Below are positions 51,728 through 61,651 of a DNA stretch of 64,000 bases, one piece after another. The notes under the pieces are model-generated. The model ran no database searches, was not told where the DNA came from, and worked only from the letters and a program-made list of their open reading frames with translations. Every line of letters begins with the position of its first letter. Position 1 is the first letter of the stretch. Source of the stretch: Escherichia phage KK4. The stretch is from sequence record OR327750.1; one strand, given 5' to 3'. Both the position numbers and the translations under genes were made by a program.

Positions 51728-52414
51728 TTAAAAATCGTGGGTAGAATCAGCTTCAAGAGCTACTACATAATTCGCATGTTCACCTTCAAATTTAGCAGCA
51801 CCTTGTTTACCTTTTGCCCAGAGCAGAAGTTTATAATTTCCTGGTTGCATTTTCATATTTGCCATATTGATAATGAAATTAAATGTATTTTCACCATCAT
51901 AATCACCAAGAGTCAAAGAATATTTAACACGAGTCAAAGCAGAATCTTCTACTTTATTAAAACCGTTAATTACGATTTTACCTTCTTTTACCGTGATAGC
52001 AATTGTATCAATTTGCAGACCACGAGATACACGCAACAGTTGTTGAAGGTCTTCAGCTTTAATTTCGGTAACAACAGATGCTACCGGGAATGGAATTGGT
52101 TTATTAGGAGCAACTACTGTACTCGGATCGGCTGCTGGCCAAAAAATTGTTGAGCGGGCATCAGCAATTTTAATATTTCCATCTTCTGACTGGGAAATTT
52201 CTGCATCATCATTAACTAGAGACAGAATACCGAGAAAACCGTTCAAATCGTAAATTGCTACATCAAAATCAATAACGTCAGAAATATTTGCTTCCGCATA
52301 AGTTGTACCATTAACTGCGCGAGTCATAATAAATTGACCGGATTTAAGCATAATACCAGAGTTAATAGTAGCGAAATTTTTAAGCAGAGCAGTAGTATCT
52401 TTAGACAGTTTCAT
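51728..52414 (-). CDS. 45: sliding clamp gp45
   Basis: 228 aa MKLSKDTTALLKNFATINSGIMLKSGQFIMTRAVNGTTYAEANISDVIDFDVAIYDLNGFLGILSLVNDDAEISQSEDGNIKIADARSTIFWPAADPSTVVAP... Confidence 0.92.
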   Translation of the reverse strand: MKLSKDTTALLKNFATINSGIMLKSGQFIMTRAVNGTTYAEANISDVIDFDVAIYDLNGFLGILSLVNDDAEISQSEDGNIKIADARSTIFWPAADPSTVVAPNKPIPFPVASVVTEIKAEDLQQLLRVSRGLQIDTIAITVKEGKIVINGFNKVEDSALTRVKYSLTLGDYDGENTFNFIINMANMKMQPGNYKLLLWAKGKQGAAKFEGEHANYVVALEADSTHDF

Positions 52415-52469
52415 GTAATTTCCTTCAATTCAAATGAGATTTAATTTTATAACTAATTTAATAAAGCAA

Positions 52470-52859
52470 TTAACGATTAAAATCAGCTGCGATTGTTTCG
52501 GCAACAATTTGAGCGGCAACAATCAGACGTTCATCTGCATTGCCACAATATTCATCTTCAAGGCGTTCACCACATGAAGTCATAATAAATTTAGCACCAG
52601 CGTTTAGGGATTCTGTAGTATGTTTGCGCATCAGTTCAATCCATTTATCACTCACTTCACGATCGATAGCTTCATAATACGCATGACGAGCAGGTGCAGA
52701 TTTAATTTTGCTCTGAATAACTTCCATCGCGTTATCAGAAAGAGACAAAACCCATGCTCGACGAATTTTATTTTGGTTTTGTGGATTTGATTCAGAACGC
52801 ACGTATTTTGGCTGAATATCTTTTACATCAACAGTATAATTCACAGTAATTTTAGTCAT
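52470..52859 (-). CDS. rpbA: RNA polymerase-binding protein RpbA
   Basis: 129 aa; position between 45 and 46. Confidence 0.8.
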   Translation of the reverse strand: MTKITVNYTVDVKDIQPKYVRSESNPQNQNKIRRAWVLSLSDNAMEVIQSKIKSAPARHAYYEAIDREVSDKWIELMRKHTTESLNAGAKFIMTSCGERLEDEYCGNADERLIVAAQIVAETIAADFNR

Positions 52860-52868
52860 AATACACCT

Positions 52869-53057
52869 TTAGTCATAATAATCAGTAACAGTCCAAGCTT
52901 CATTCCTGTTGGACATTATTTTCGTATATTCTGATTTAAATGCATTCTTAAGCATAGATTCAGTAACTATATGCTCTTCATTAGAAAAATTATTTCTCAG
53001 AATATATCGTTTTATTTCAGGAATAGTTAATAGATGCTGTCCAGTTGAATATTCCAT
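52869..53057 (-). CDS. hypothetical protein (62 aa), 45.2 position
   Basis: track ORF, ATG start. Confidence 0.5.
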   Translation of the reverse strand: MEYSTGQHLLTIPEIKRYILRNNFSNEEHIVTESMLKNAFKSEYTKIMSNRNEAWTVTDYYD

Positions 53058-53112
53058 GTTTTTCCTCCATAGAGATTATACTCTAATAAATTAAAGCATA
53101 ATCTCTTATAAA

Positions 53113-54795
53113 TTAAACCATTACAGTAAATCGACCAACTTTCTTCATTTGAAGATGCTGACCGTATGCTTGCGGGTCATGGTCTCTATGCGAAATAACA
53201 AAAACGTTAGTATTTTTTAAACTATCTAAAATAGTTGAAATAGCTTTTACACCTTCAACGTCGGTCGCTGAATCAAAAACTTCATCAAGAATTAGTGTGT
53301 TTATTTTAACACCTGAAACTTTTTCAGCAATATCACGCCAAGTAAATAAAAGAGCAATATCAATTCGTGCTTTTTCACCTTGACTGAATGAAGCATAACT
53401 AAAATCTTCACGACCACGGGATTTAATTGTCTCATTAAATTCTTCATCTAATGTAAACACATAATCCGCTTCCATTATTTTAAGATAATGGTTAATCTGC
53501 TTATTAAATAATGGAATGTACTTTTTAATAATAGCACCTTTAATACCAGAATCTTTGAGCATATCAGTCAAAATTCCTCGGTGGTATTTTTCCATTACTA
53601 AATTAGTTTTTGTCTTAACAATTTTATCAAGTTCTTCTTGAAGCAGTGCTATTTCATCAGCATGGTCAATAAACTCAGAAGATGCTTTTTCTATAGCTGC
53701 TTTAACTTTTTTGGCTTTATCTACCGTCGTGATTAGAGATTGCTTTTTATTGCGAATATCATTTGCCAACGACTGTTGGGTTTTAATATTATCTCGGTAT
53801 TCATCAACAAGAACTTTTAAATTATCACGGTGTGTTGAAAGCTGTTCAAACGAATGCGTACATTCAGAAACTTTATCTTTAATTTTAGAAACAACTTTAT
53901 CACCGGAACTTAATTGTGACAAGCAGGTTGGACATAATCCACCTTCGTGATACATATTAATGACTTTATTATACGAGTCAATTTTTGATTTAATTAAAAC
54001 TGCTTCTTGACCGATTTTATTAAATGCATCAGTCGGGTCTTCGTCTAAAACAATATTAACTAATCTTTCATTAGCTTCTTCTATTTCCGATTTTAGCGTT
54101 CTAGCTTCTTTTGCCAAATCATCATACATATTTTGCAGACGAGTAAGGTTGTCACCCGTTAATTTTTTCTGGCGTTCAACGTTATCATTATATATTTTAA
54201 TTTGTTGGATAATACTATCTTTTTTAACATCAAGCACTTGGTTTTGTGAATTTAATTCGCGTATTAGTGCTTTATTAAGCTTATCCATTTCAGCTAATGT
54301 TCCTACCTCAAGCAAGTCTTCCACAAGCTTTCTTCGCGCAGGGGTCGACAAACCCATGAAAGGGGTATACCCTGCTGTACCAAGGACAACAATCTGCTTG
54401 AAACTGGCATATGACATTCCGATAAGCTGTTCAAATTCTGCTTGGAAATCTTTACTGCTGGCAGATTCATTAAGACGTGTACCGTTAACGGTGATTTCGA
54501 AAACGTTCGGTTTTTGTCCTCTTTTGATATAGTACTTTTTCTCATCATATTCCATCCACAGTTCAACTAAAAGTTCTTTCTTATTTGTGCTGTTTATTAA
54601 TTGACCTTTCTTTACATCACGAAATGGCTTGCCAAAAAGCCCAAATGTGATGGCTTCTAGCATAGTAGACTTACCACCGCCATTTCGTCCAGTAATAAGA
54701 GTTTTTTGAACCTTATCTAATTGAATGTCAATAGGATTTCCACCTACTGACATTATATTTTGATACCTAACTCGGTTTAGTTTAAAATTCTTCAC
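53113..54795 (-). CDS. 46: recombination endonuclease subunit gp46 (Rad50/SbcC-like), GTG start
   Basis: 560 aa MKNFKLNRVRYQNIMSVGG...; Walker A GRNGGGKST; CPTC zinc hook; initiation codon GTG. Confidence 0.9.
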   Translation of the reverse strand: MKNFKLNRVRYQNIMSVGGNPIDIQLDKVQKTLITGRNGGGKSTMLEAITFGLFGKPFRDVKKGQLINSTNKKELLVELWMEYDEKKYYIKRGQKPNVFEITVNGTRLNESASSKDFQAEFEQLIGMSYASFKQIVVLGTAGYTPFMGLSTPARRKLVEDLLEVGTLAEMDKLNKALIRELNSQNQVLDVKKDSIIQQIKIYNDNVERQKKLTGDNLTRLQNMYDDLAKEARTLKSEIEEANERLVNIVLDEDPTDAFNKIGQEAVLIKSKIDSYNKVINMYHEGGLCPTCLSQLSSGDKVVSKIKDKVSECTHSFEQLSTHRDNLKVLVDEYRDNIKTQQSLANDIRNKKQSLITTVDKAKKVKAAIEKASSEFIDHADEIALLQEELDKIVKTKTNLVMEKYHRGILTDMLKDSGIKGAIIKKYIPLFNKQINHYLKIMEADYVFTLDEEFNETIKSRGREDFSYASFSQGEKARIDIALLFTWRDIAEKVSGVKINTLILDEVFDSATDVEGVKAISTILDSLKNTNVFVISHRDHDPQAYGQHLQMKKVGRFTVMV

Positions 54796-55007
54796 AAAAG
54801 ATTCCTTTTAATGTATCTTTTAGACCATTCTATCATATCATCATAATCTAAAAAGTATTCATCAAATTCAGCCATGCAAACAACACCTTGTGCTGTTTTT
54901 GATGTAATATAAATTATTCCAACATATCTAGAATCTTCTTCGGTATAATCAATGTTTGCTATGAATTCATCATTAATGTCAAATGTCGAAAACTTCACAG
55001 TATGCAT
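54792..55007 (-). CDS. hypothetical protein (71 aa), 46.1 position, start uncertain
   Basis: ATG at 55005-55007; track ORF extends upstream. Confidence 0.4.
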   Translation of the reverse strand: MHTVKFSTFDINDEFIANIDYTEEDSRYVGIIYITSKTAQGVVCMAEFDEYFLDYDDMIEWSKRYIKRNLL

Positions 55008-55242
55008 CCTTAATACAAGATACGGCCATATCTCGCAATGATTTAGGTGTGTCATTATCTAAAATGTTGAAGTTAAAAGATACAGCCCAATCTGTACAGA
55101 CCGTAACTTTTTTAATACAATTATCTTCAACCTCTAGCGGTTCAAACCAATATTCAATAATTTCTTTATGCCCAATATCATCTTTTACTTCACATTCAAA
55201 ATGCTGACTCATCATAACATTTTTAAATTCATCAAAAGTCAT
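54979..55242 (-). CDS. hypothetical protein (87 aa), 46.2 position
   Basis: ATG overlaps gp47 stop (ATGA). Confidence 0.5.
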   Translation of the reverse strand: MTFDEFKNVMMSQHFECEVKDDIGHKEIIEYWFEPLEVEDNCIKKVTVCTDWAVSFNFNILDNDTPKSLRDMAVSCIKDAYCEVFDI

Positions 55243-56258
55243 TGTGTTGCCTCTACATATAGCTGATTCGCATATTGAATAAGTGCTTCACGGTCAGAAT
55301 CAGTGATGTCTGGAATTGCATTAATGTATTCTTCCATCAACGTCTGAAGAGATTGAACTTCAACTTCTTCACTGTCATCTGACTCGACAGAGTTATCAAT
55401 CTTTGACACAACTCGTAATGAATGCACAACTTTTTCTAGTTCAGATTCGAACTTCGTTAGATTTTTGTCTACTTCAGTTACTATAACACGTACTGATAGA
55501 TTTGTAAAATCTTTATAGTCAATTTTTCCTTTAAATGGATAATGAATTCTACGATGCCAGGTAGTGTTGTTTGGAATAAATTCCATTCGTTCTGTTTCTG
55601 TATCAAACATCCAGAACCCACGAGGGTCATTCTCGTCACCTGCAGTTAGTGTCCATGGTGTCCCAATATATCTGACGTTAGCAGCCTCAGAGATAGTATG
55701 GAAGTGACCAGACCACACCTCTTTATAAGTCTTAAGGAAATCAGGTTCAAGACCGTGAGATTTCATTCCTTTATAAAAATAAAATCCATTCAGTTCCCAG
55801 TGACCGACGCAAAAAGAAGCAGATGAAGTTTTGATGTGCTCAAGAATTTCACCAGTATTTTCTTCACACATCCAAGGAATTAAATCAATTAAACATCCGT
55901 CAAAATCTACTGTAGTAGGCTTATCATATACTTTAACATTAGGATATTTAGCCAAAAGCTCAGTAGAGGCATTTGGAGTTAAAGTATTTTTAAAGTGCAT
56001 ATCATGGTTTCCTACAACAGTATGTAGGGTAATACCAGCATCATCAAGCATTTGAACTATTTCACGAGCGAACTCCATAGTTTTGTGTGTGATTGCTTTT
56101 CGCACATCAAAAATATCACCGTATTGAATCCAGGTAGTAATTCCATTTTTCTTAGAATATTCTATTGCTTGTTTAATTCCATCCAACTGAATGGATTGAA
56201 CCCACTCATCATCGGCTTTAACGCCTAAATGCCAATCACCTAAATTTAAAATTTTCAT
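55239..56258 (-). CDS. 47: recombination nuclease subunit gp47 (Mre11/SbcD-like)
   Basis: 339 aa MKILNLGDWHLGVKADDEW...; phosphoesterase motifs GDxHD, GNHD. Confidence 0.9.
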   Translation of the reverse strand: MKILNLGDWHLGVKADDEWVQSIQLDGIKQAIEYSKKNGITTWIQYGDIFDVRKAITHKTMEFAREIVQMLDDAGITLHTVVGNHDMHFKNTLTPNASTELLAKYPNVKVYDKPTTVDFDGCLIDLIPWMCEENTGEILEHIKTSSASFCVGHWELNGFYFYKGMKSHGLEPDFLKTYKEVWSGHFHTISEAANVRYIGTPWTLTAGDENDPRGFWMFDTETERMEFIPNNTTWHRRIHYPFKGKIDYKDFTNLSVRVIVTEVDKNLTKFESELEKVVHSLRVVSKIDNSVESDDSEEVEVQSLQTLMEEYINAIPDITDSDREALIQYANQLYVEATQ

Positions 56259-56395
56259 ATATCAAGAACCGTCATTGAAATGCAAAATAAAATTATTGAA
56301 ATAAACCCATCTGGCGTGCTAAAGAACCCAATCCAACATGCTCTAGTGAATAGATAAAATGCAAGAAAAAGTATCACATATCCAAGAAATATCAT
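56255..56395 (-). CDS. small membrane protein (46 aa) between a-gt and 47
   Basis: hand-translated MIFLGYVILFLAFYLFTRACWIGFF...; ATGA overlap with gp47 start. Confidence 0.4.
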   Translation of the reverse strand: MIFLGYVILFLAFYLFTRACWIGFFSTPDGFISIILFCISMTVLDI

Positions 56396-56418
56396 TATAT
56401 CAAACTCCGTATAAAGCT

Positions 56419-56434
56419 AAAGGGCCGAAGCCCT
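56419..56434 (-). other. CUUCGG RNA hairpin immediately after a-gt stop
   Basis: AAAGGGC-UUCG-GCCCUUU. Confidence 0.5.
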
Positions 56435-57637
56435 TTATTTTGTAATAATGTCAAACTGTTCTTTAAAGCAGAAGCTTGAATCTTGATGCTGATACAAAAA
56501 TTCATATGCTTTTTCTCGCTCACGGTCATAAAGAGCTCGATCAGATGACAATTCTTTAATACGTTCAAATGTTGATTCCATGTCATTTTCATCAAACCAA
56601 ATGATACCGCTATCATGCGAGGTCAAAGGAGTATTATCAACGCGGAATTTCAAATTATCACCCGTTGATTTCCAGAAAACAGGAATTGTACCACAAGCAC
56701 CTAATTCAAGATGAGTATATTCGAGTGAGCGTTGTAAGTATTTCTGGTTAAGTTTACTCAACTGATATCCAAAGCCAGATTTACTCATTCGTTCAAGCAT
56801 TTCACTATTAATATAACAATCTAGGATTTGTGCCGGTTGATTCGGCGCGAGATTCATTTTATCAATCTCACGATTACCGTAATATTCATACGGAATACCT
56901 TTTTCCTTAATTGCAATAAAAGCAGGGGAACGTTCAAGACCTTCCATTACAGTGGATTTACCGGCAGGTTTTAAGAATTTTTCGTGAAAATCAAACATCT
57001 GGTAAAAACCTTTCCATGTAGTCGTACGACCAATCCAACGGTTGATGTTCATGTTAATTTCAGAAACATCTTTCCAATAAGTTGACCGAACCTTCACAAT
57101 ATCCATAGGAGGCTGAAAGTTATATACTGTCGGTGCTTCTTCAATATCATCAAACAGAGAAACAGTTTCTGGATACCATTCTTTCATCAGAACTTTATTA
57201 AAATCACCATTATCAGAATGGCTAAAAATAACATCAGCTCGACGAACAGTTTCTTCTAATCCCAAATTTCGACGCAAAGAAAGAACAGAATGATCATGCT
57301 GATAAACTACAACACGAATAGAAGGTTTAATATTATCTAAAAGTTTTTTATAGTTATTAATCGTGGCTTCTTGAACGGAAGTAGCAGGAACAGAATTAAT
57401 AATTAAAATATCACAATCATTAATCAGTTTAAGTGCTTTATCGTATTCTTTAGCTAAAATAACTGGAATTGAAAATGATTTGTGGTCATGAGAACTTGTA
57501 CGAGTAAATGATTTATCTTTAGCATAAACCAAAGTTACTTCATGACCATTTTTAATAAACCAATCACGCTGCTCAAGAGAAAATTTAGTTACACCGCAAC
57601 CTTCAAGACCCCGAGCCATAAAAATACATACTTTCAT
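56435..57637 (-). CDS. a-gt: DNA alpha-glucosyltransferase
   Basis: 400 aa MKVCIFMARGLEGCGVTKFSLEQRDWFIKNGHEVTLVYAKDK... Confidence 0.93.
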   Translation of the reverse strand: MKVCIFMARGLEGCGVTKFSLEQRDWFIKNGHEVTLVYAKDKSFTRTSSHDHKSFSIPVILAKEYDKALKLINDCDILIINSVPATSVQEATINNYKKLLDNIKPSIRVVVYQHDHSVLSLRRNLGLEETVRRADVIFSHSDNGDFNKVLMKEWYPETVSLFDDIEEAPTVYNFQPPMDIVKVRSTYWKDVSEINMNINRWIGRTTTWKGFYQMFDFHEKFLKPAGKSTVMEGLERSPAFIAIKEKGIPYEYYGNREIDKMNLAPNQPAQILDCYINSEMLERMSKSGFGYQLSKLNQKYLQRSLEYTHLELGACGTIPVFWKSTGDNLKFRVDNTPLTSHDSGIIWFDENDMESTFERIKELSSDRALYDREREKAYEFLYQHQDSSFCFKEQFDIITK

Positions 57638-57705
57638 TTAATATCCTCATTGTTTTGGTTTATTTTATCAAAAATTTATAAAGCAATATAGGAGCCGAAG
57701 CTCCT

Positions 57706-57877
57706 ATCCGCATAATACGCCATACAAAGGCTCATTAGAACTTTTAAATTTTATGCGCTTATATGTTATAGTTCCTTCTGCTTTAGCTTTATCATGAGAC
57801 GCTTTAAAGAGTCTCATCATTTCCTCTTTAGAGGAACGAATTTTATTATAATCTATTTCAGAAGTCTGGATGTTCAT
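57706..57877 (-). CDS. small protein (57 aa)
   Basis: hand-translated MNIQTSEIDYNKIRSSKEEMMRLFKASHDKAKAEG... Confidence 0.35.
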
Positions 57878-57880
57878 CTT

Positions 57881-58084
57881 TCACAGTTGCCACCATTTTT
57901 TGACTTGATAAGAATCAACCCACACTTTCATATTAGGGTCTGCTCTTACAATAGGAGGATTAACTTCTTTAATTGAACTATCATGGTATTCTTTTTCAGA
58001 AATTTTCACACAAAGATGACCATTCAAAGATTCAGTAAATCCTGCATTAATTTTAAGACGCTTGAATTTTACGTGTGTAAGCAT
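57881..58084 (-). CDS. hypothetical protein (67 aa)
   Basis: ATG at 58082-58084. Confidence 0.45.
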   Translation of the reverse strand: MLTHVKFKRLKINAGFTESLNGHLCVKISEKEYHDSSIKEVNPPIVRADPNMKVWVDSYQVKKWWQL

Positions 58085-58370
58085 CAATCATATCCTCAAT
58101 CTGCGATCTAGTAGTCTTCCAAAGAATACTGATGAGTTCATCGTTATATGGCTGTTTTAGAATATCCCGACTTTTCTTGATAGCATATTCGTATTGAGCA
58201 AAATTATTATTTTCAGCCGCAATCTGAGCATGCTTATAAAGACGATTCAGTTCGCGTTTGTTTTTAGACAATAACTTATTTGCTTTTCTTTCTGCTTCAA
58301 GACGGTTCTTTTCTTCAATAGAAGAAATAAGCTTTTCCACTTCATCATTAATTTCGGGTTTATCAGTCAT
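58053..58370 (-). CDS. hypothetical protein (105 aa)
   Basis: track ORF, ATG start. Confidence 0.5.
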   Translation of the reverse strand: MTDKPEINDEVEKLISSIEEKNRLEAERKANKLLSKNKRELNRLYKHAQIAAENNNFAQYEYAIKKSRDILKQPYNDELISILWKTTRSQIEDMIDAYTRKIQAS

Positions 58371-58371
58371 A

Positions 58372-58590
58372 TTATTTCTCTAATATAAAATAAAAATCAT
58401 CATCTGTTAAATGATACCGATAGTTTAATTCTACACCATTAGATTTAAAAGCGGTATCATACGGATTTTCTGGATCAATATCAATGTCAAGAGCTAAAAC
58501 TTCCCTGAGATACATTTTAAGTAAATAGGGAATAGCTTCAACTTCAGGTATTTCTTCCAAGAATCCGGAGAGGTTAATCGTTAGCCTCAT
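58372..58590 (-). CDS. hypothetical protein (72 aa)
   Basis: track ORF, ATG start. Confidence 0.5.
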
Positions 58591-59131
58591 ATAAAAAATC
58601 CAAACTAGGAGAATCGTCTACAACACTTTTCTTTTCAGCCCCCGGTGTTCTATAGGTTGATTCTTCGTAATGCGTCATTTTATCGTAGATGTCTTGAATA
58701 AAAGTTTCATCTACTAACGCAACCATATCGTCGTCACGACTGTCATAGACATTGTGAACGAAGTAACTATATTTCTTTGCAACTTCCTTACGTTCTTTTT
58801 TAATACGTTGGACGAATGCATTAAAACAAGCTTGAGTTATATACGCATGTGGGTTTTTATATTTCGTTTCATCAAAATTGTGAAGCCCCTTAATAGAAGC
58901 TTCTATACCATCTGCAATCATTTCTTGTTTCCAAGACTGGGTGTATCCTGAAAAGTTGAAACGTTTAGATAAGCCTTCTGCAATAAGCATAATGGCTAAT
59001 CCGATAGTATCATTCTGACGAACTACTTTATTTGGGTCTTTATTATTTGCTAATTCTGTTTTCCAATCAATAATAGCTTGTAAAAGCTCTTTATTGTTTA
59101 CGTAATTATATTTAGGCTTAGTTTCTGACAT
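58574..59131 (-). CDS. 55: late sigma factor gp55
   Basis: 185 aa [36 protein letters not shown]... Confidence 0.9.
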
Positions 59132-59211
59132 TTTCACCTCTTAGCTCAATTCATAGATCTATTATATCATAATATTTGAAGATCTATCTTAAAGCATAGA
59201 GGATGAATCAG

Positions 59212-59481
59212 TTATCTAAGTAAACAGTATGCTTGGAACACTTTCTCCATCATCTTTTTAAATTCATGAATATCTATATAATGACTAGTTAGATCAGCAT
59301 GATATAAAAAGTCTAAAAACTTTTCATGTGTATTAACATATTCACTTTCATTTAATTCAGAAACATGACTTTCCCAATATCCAACACCAGTCTTATTTGG
59401 GAAAAATGAAATTTTCATGCATTGATCAACATAGAAAATGCCATAATTTTCAATAGTAATAGAAATATTAATAAATTTCAT
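59212..59481 (-). CDS. hypothetical protein (89 aa)
   Basis: track ORF, ATG start. Confidence 0.5.
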   Translation of the reverse strand: MKFINISITIENYGIFYVDQCMKISFFPNKTGVGYWESHVSELNESEYVNTHEKFLDFLYHADLTSHYIDIHEFKKMMEKVFQAYCLLR

Positions 59482-59693
59482 ACATTCATCAACTTAGCCG
59501 CTTCAAGAGCTGCATCTAGTGAATCAAATTGGTCAACATATTCAATCAATTCGCCGTAATTGGCATATAACCACCATTGGCTAAATTCATACTCAAGGAT
59601 GAATCCGTTTCCTTCAATTTGAGTTAAACCAATGCCATTTGTATTTACTTCATATCCAGCAAGACGTAAATCGTTAATAAGAGCTTCGTTCAT
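59478..59693 (-). CDS. hypothetical protein (71 aa)
   Basis: track ORF, ATG start. Confidence 0.5.
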   Translation of the reverse strand: MNEALINDLRLAGYEVNTNGIGLTQIEGNGFILEYEFSQWWLYANYGELIEYVDQFDSLDAALEAAKLMNV

Positions 59694-59695
59694 AA

Positions 59696-60022
59696 TTATA
59701 CCTTAGTAATTTTCAGGTCTGCAAATTTTTTCTTGCGTTGATTTTTCATGCGACGAATAGTTTTATCGGAAATTTCATGCTTTTGATAAGCTTTAGATTC
59801 TACACCAAAAGCTTTAACATCAAATTCTGACAAGATATATTGAACCAACAATTCACGGACAGTATTGCGTCCAATCTTCTGATCATTCTGTTTCATCGTC
59901 TGATGAAGCTCTTTTTCCCATTTATCCAAAATTTGAGGAGTTACAATATCGCCTTTTTCTAGCAAAGAAACTACTTTATCATATGCGTAAGAATTGATGG
60001 CGTTTTTAATTTGAATAGTCAT
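59696..60022 (-). CDS. hypothetical protein (108 aa)
   Basis: track ORF, ATG start. Confidence 0.5.
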   Translation of the reverse strand: MTIQIKNAINSYAYDKVVSLLEKGDIVTPQILDKWEKELHQTMKQNDQKIGRNTVRELLVQYILSEFDVKAFGVESKAYQKHEISDKTIRRMKNQRKKKFADLKITKV

Positions 60023-60062
60023 ACATTATCCTCAATTACGTTAAAATTTTATTATCCAAAAA

Positions 60063-60078
60063 AGGGCCGAAGCCCTTA
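60063..60078 (-). other. CUUCGG RNA hairpin overlapping stop of 66-aa ORF
   Basis: AAGGGC-UUCG-GCCCUU. Confidence 0.45.
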
Positions 60079-60276
60079 ACTAAACTTTTTGGCGCCCTTC
60101 CAGCCTTCATACATCATTGCGGCTGATATTAATATTGCTCCTGAGCAACTTGAATATTTGTGATTCCAAAACCAGTTCAGAAAAACTTCGTCATCAATAC
60201 CTTGGGCTATCATATTTTCAAAGAACTGACGACGAGCTTCGGCAATTCGCTGCGATAATTTAGATTCAGGATTCAT
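60076..60276 (-). CDS. hypothetical protein (66 aa)
   Basis: track ORF, ATG start. Confidence 0.5.
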   Translation of the reverse strand: MNPESKLSQRIAEARRQFFENMIAQGIDDEVFLNWFWNHKYSSCSGAILISAAMMYEGWKGAKKFS

Positions 60277-60408
60277 TTAAATTTCCCAATTGCCATTTTC
60301 ATCAATAAATTTAATCCAGTCATTTACTGACCACTTAGTTGTATCGCCTTTTGGAGTAACATTTAAAGTATATAGCCCTTGCTTAAAAAGCATTCGTTTG
60401 ATATTCAT
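60277..60408 (-). CDS. small protein (43 aa)
   Basis: ATG at 60406-60408 with GAGGAAA SD. Confidence 0.35.
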   Translation of the reverse strand: MNIKRMLFKQGLYTLNVTPKGDTTKWSVNDWIKFIDENGNWEI

Positions 60409-60415
60409 ATTTTCC

Positions 60416-60709
60416 TCAGCTGTAACGATAACACTCGTTTGATTTACGTTTAGCAACTCGTTGAGAAGTATTATAATCAAAATCATCGTCAATGTAAACA
60501 GATTTTTTCAACTTTCTTACTTCACCACGTAATTGACGATTTAGCTCATCTTTAATTTCTGAATCAATGCCTTTCATTCTACGCCATTTATCTGAGCGAA
60601 AAATGTTTTCAACCATATCTTTATGACTTACACCATCAGGAGCTTTACGCTTTCCGAAATAGTCATAATCACGCACTTTTAAGTCTTTACGACGATACGT
60701 TTTACCCAT
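60416..60709 (-). CDS. basic hypothetical protein (97 aa)
   Basis: ATG at 60707-60709; Lys/Arg-rich. Confidence 0.45.
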   Translation of the reverse strand: MGKTYRRKDLKVRDYDYFGKRKAPDGVSHKDMVENIFRSDKWRRMKGIDSEIKDELNRQLRGEVRKLKKSVYIDDDFDYNTSQRVAKRKSNECYRYS

Positions 60710-60884
60710 GGAGTTTAATTTCCTTAGCAACTGAACTAAATACAGCACGATCACAAATCATACGTTTATGTAACTTGAGTATAAGATAGTAAACATCAAA
60801 ACCATTTACATAAGTAACACGAACAACATTACCATTCACGAGATAATACTGTCCCTTTTTAATTTCTTTATCAACCACAACCAT
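60702..60884 (-). CDS. hypothetical protein (60 aa)
   Basis: track ORF, ATG start. Confidence 0.45.
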   Translation of the reverse strand: MVVVDKEIKKGQYYLVNGNVVRVTYVNGFDVYYLILKLHKRMICDRAVFSSVAKEIKLHG

Positions 60885-60912
60885 ATCAATTCCTCAAAGG
60901 TAATTCATATGT

Positions 60913-60944
60913 TAATAATACCACGGTTTGAACTTGTTGTAAAC
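60913..60944 (-). promoter_or_regulatory. early promoter cassette
   Basis: revcomp GTTTAC 60939-60944; upstream element shared with 46671-46690. Confidence 0.45.
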
Positions 60945-61042
60945 AACTTTGTGAAAAATATTTTAGGGAATGATAAGAAAGGAACGATAGCTTAGAATGG
61001 TAATATACAGAATGTGAGAAAGAAGGACCCAGAGGGCCCGTC

Positions 61043-61366
61043 TTAGTCTTCTATGATATCTCTATCATATCCAAGTGAAATGAGAGTTTCTTTGAAATGT
61101 TTAATGTTCTTTTGTCTAGAATCATTAATGAAAATGACTGGATAACGAATGTTAAGAGATGTGAATCCGGCGCGTTTAGCAAGAGATACAATCAGTGGAC
61201 GATCATACTCAATCTTACCATTATTTGTAAGAACTTTATAGAAAGTAAAAGGAGCATTGAGCTCCTTTAGAAGTTTTGTAACTGATTGACATCCAGGACA
61301 ACGACCTACTTCTTCGGGGATGCCATAGATTTCAATCTTATTCTTTAAGTTCGAGTTTTGTTCCAC
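61043..61366 (-). CDS. nrdH: glutaredoxin-like protein (NrdH-type), GTG start
   Basis: CPGC active site (IEIYGIPEEVGRCPGCQ); no in-frame ATG; GTG at 61364-61366 with AAGGAA SD. Confidence 0.6.
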   Translation of the reverse strand: MEQNSNLKNKIEIYGIPEEVGRCPGCQSVTKLLKELNAPFTFYKVLTNNGKIEYDRPLIVSLAKRAGFTSLNIRYPVIFINDSRQKNIKHFKETLISLGYDRDIIED

Positions 61367-61649
61367 GAGAAATAATTCCTTGATAAGCCCAGTATGGCGG
61401 GTTAACAGAATCCTCACCAGAGTTTTCTTCAGGAAAATAAACCTGGATAACGAAGCCGGATTCATCAAAGGTGAAATAAGTAGTAGGCAGTTCACCTAAC
61501 AAATCGGCACGAGCGTTGATTTCTTCGAGGTCTTGTTCACGTCCAGCCCAGAAGCTTGGGTTCAGACTACATTCATAGAAATAATAGTCATTACCGAACA
61601 TATCAAAACCATTCCAACTCTCTACTACATACCGCTCAAAACTAATCAT
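61338..61649 (-). CDS. acidic hypothetical protein (103 aa)
   Basis: track ORF, ATG start; 3' end overlaps glutaredoxin start. Confidence 0.5.
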   Translation of the reverse strand: MISFERYVVESWNGFDMFGNDYYFYECSLNPSFWAGREQDLEEINARADLLGELPTTYFTFDESGFVIQVYFPEENSGEDSVNPPYWAYQGIISRGTKLELKE

Positions 61650-61651
61650 AA

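Noticed and set aside
51737-52153. 138-aa + strand ORF inside gene 45
   Set aside because: Antisense to the sliding clamp gene; low-complexity translation.
56395-56616. 73-aa - strand ORF overlapping the a-gt 3' end
   Set aside because: Different frame from a-gt and reads straight through the CUUCGG hairpin (encoding KGLRPF); the real small gene is the 46-aa membrane ORF at 56255-56395.
59150-59190. Direct repeat AGATCTAT (59153-59160 and 59181-59188) upstream of gene 55
   Set aside because: Only 8 bp in AT-rich DNA; cannot be distinguished from chance without comparative data.
61020-61040. Possible hairpin GGACCC..GGGCCC after the glutaredoxin gene
   Set aside because: Imperfect stem (mismatch) and no clear U tract.
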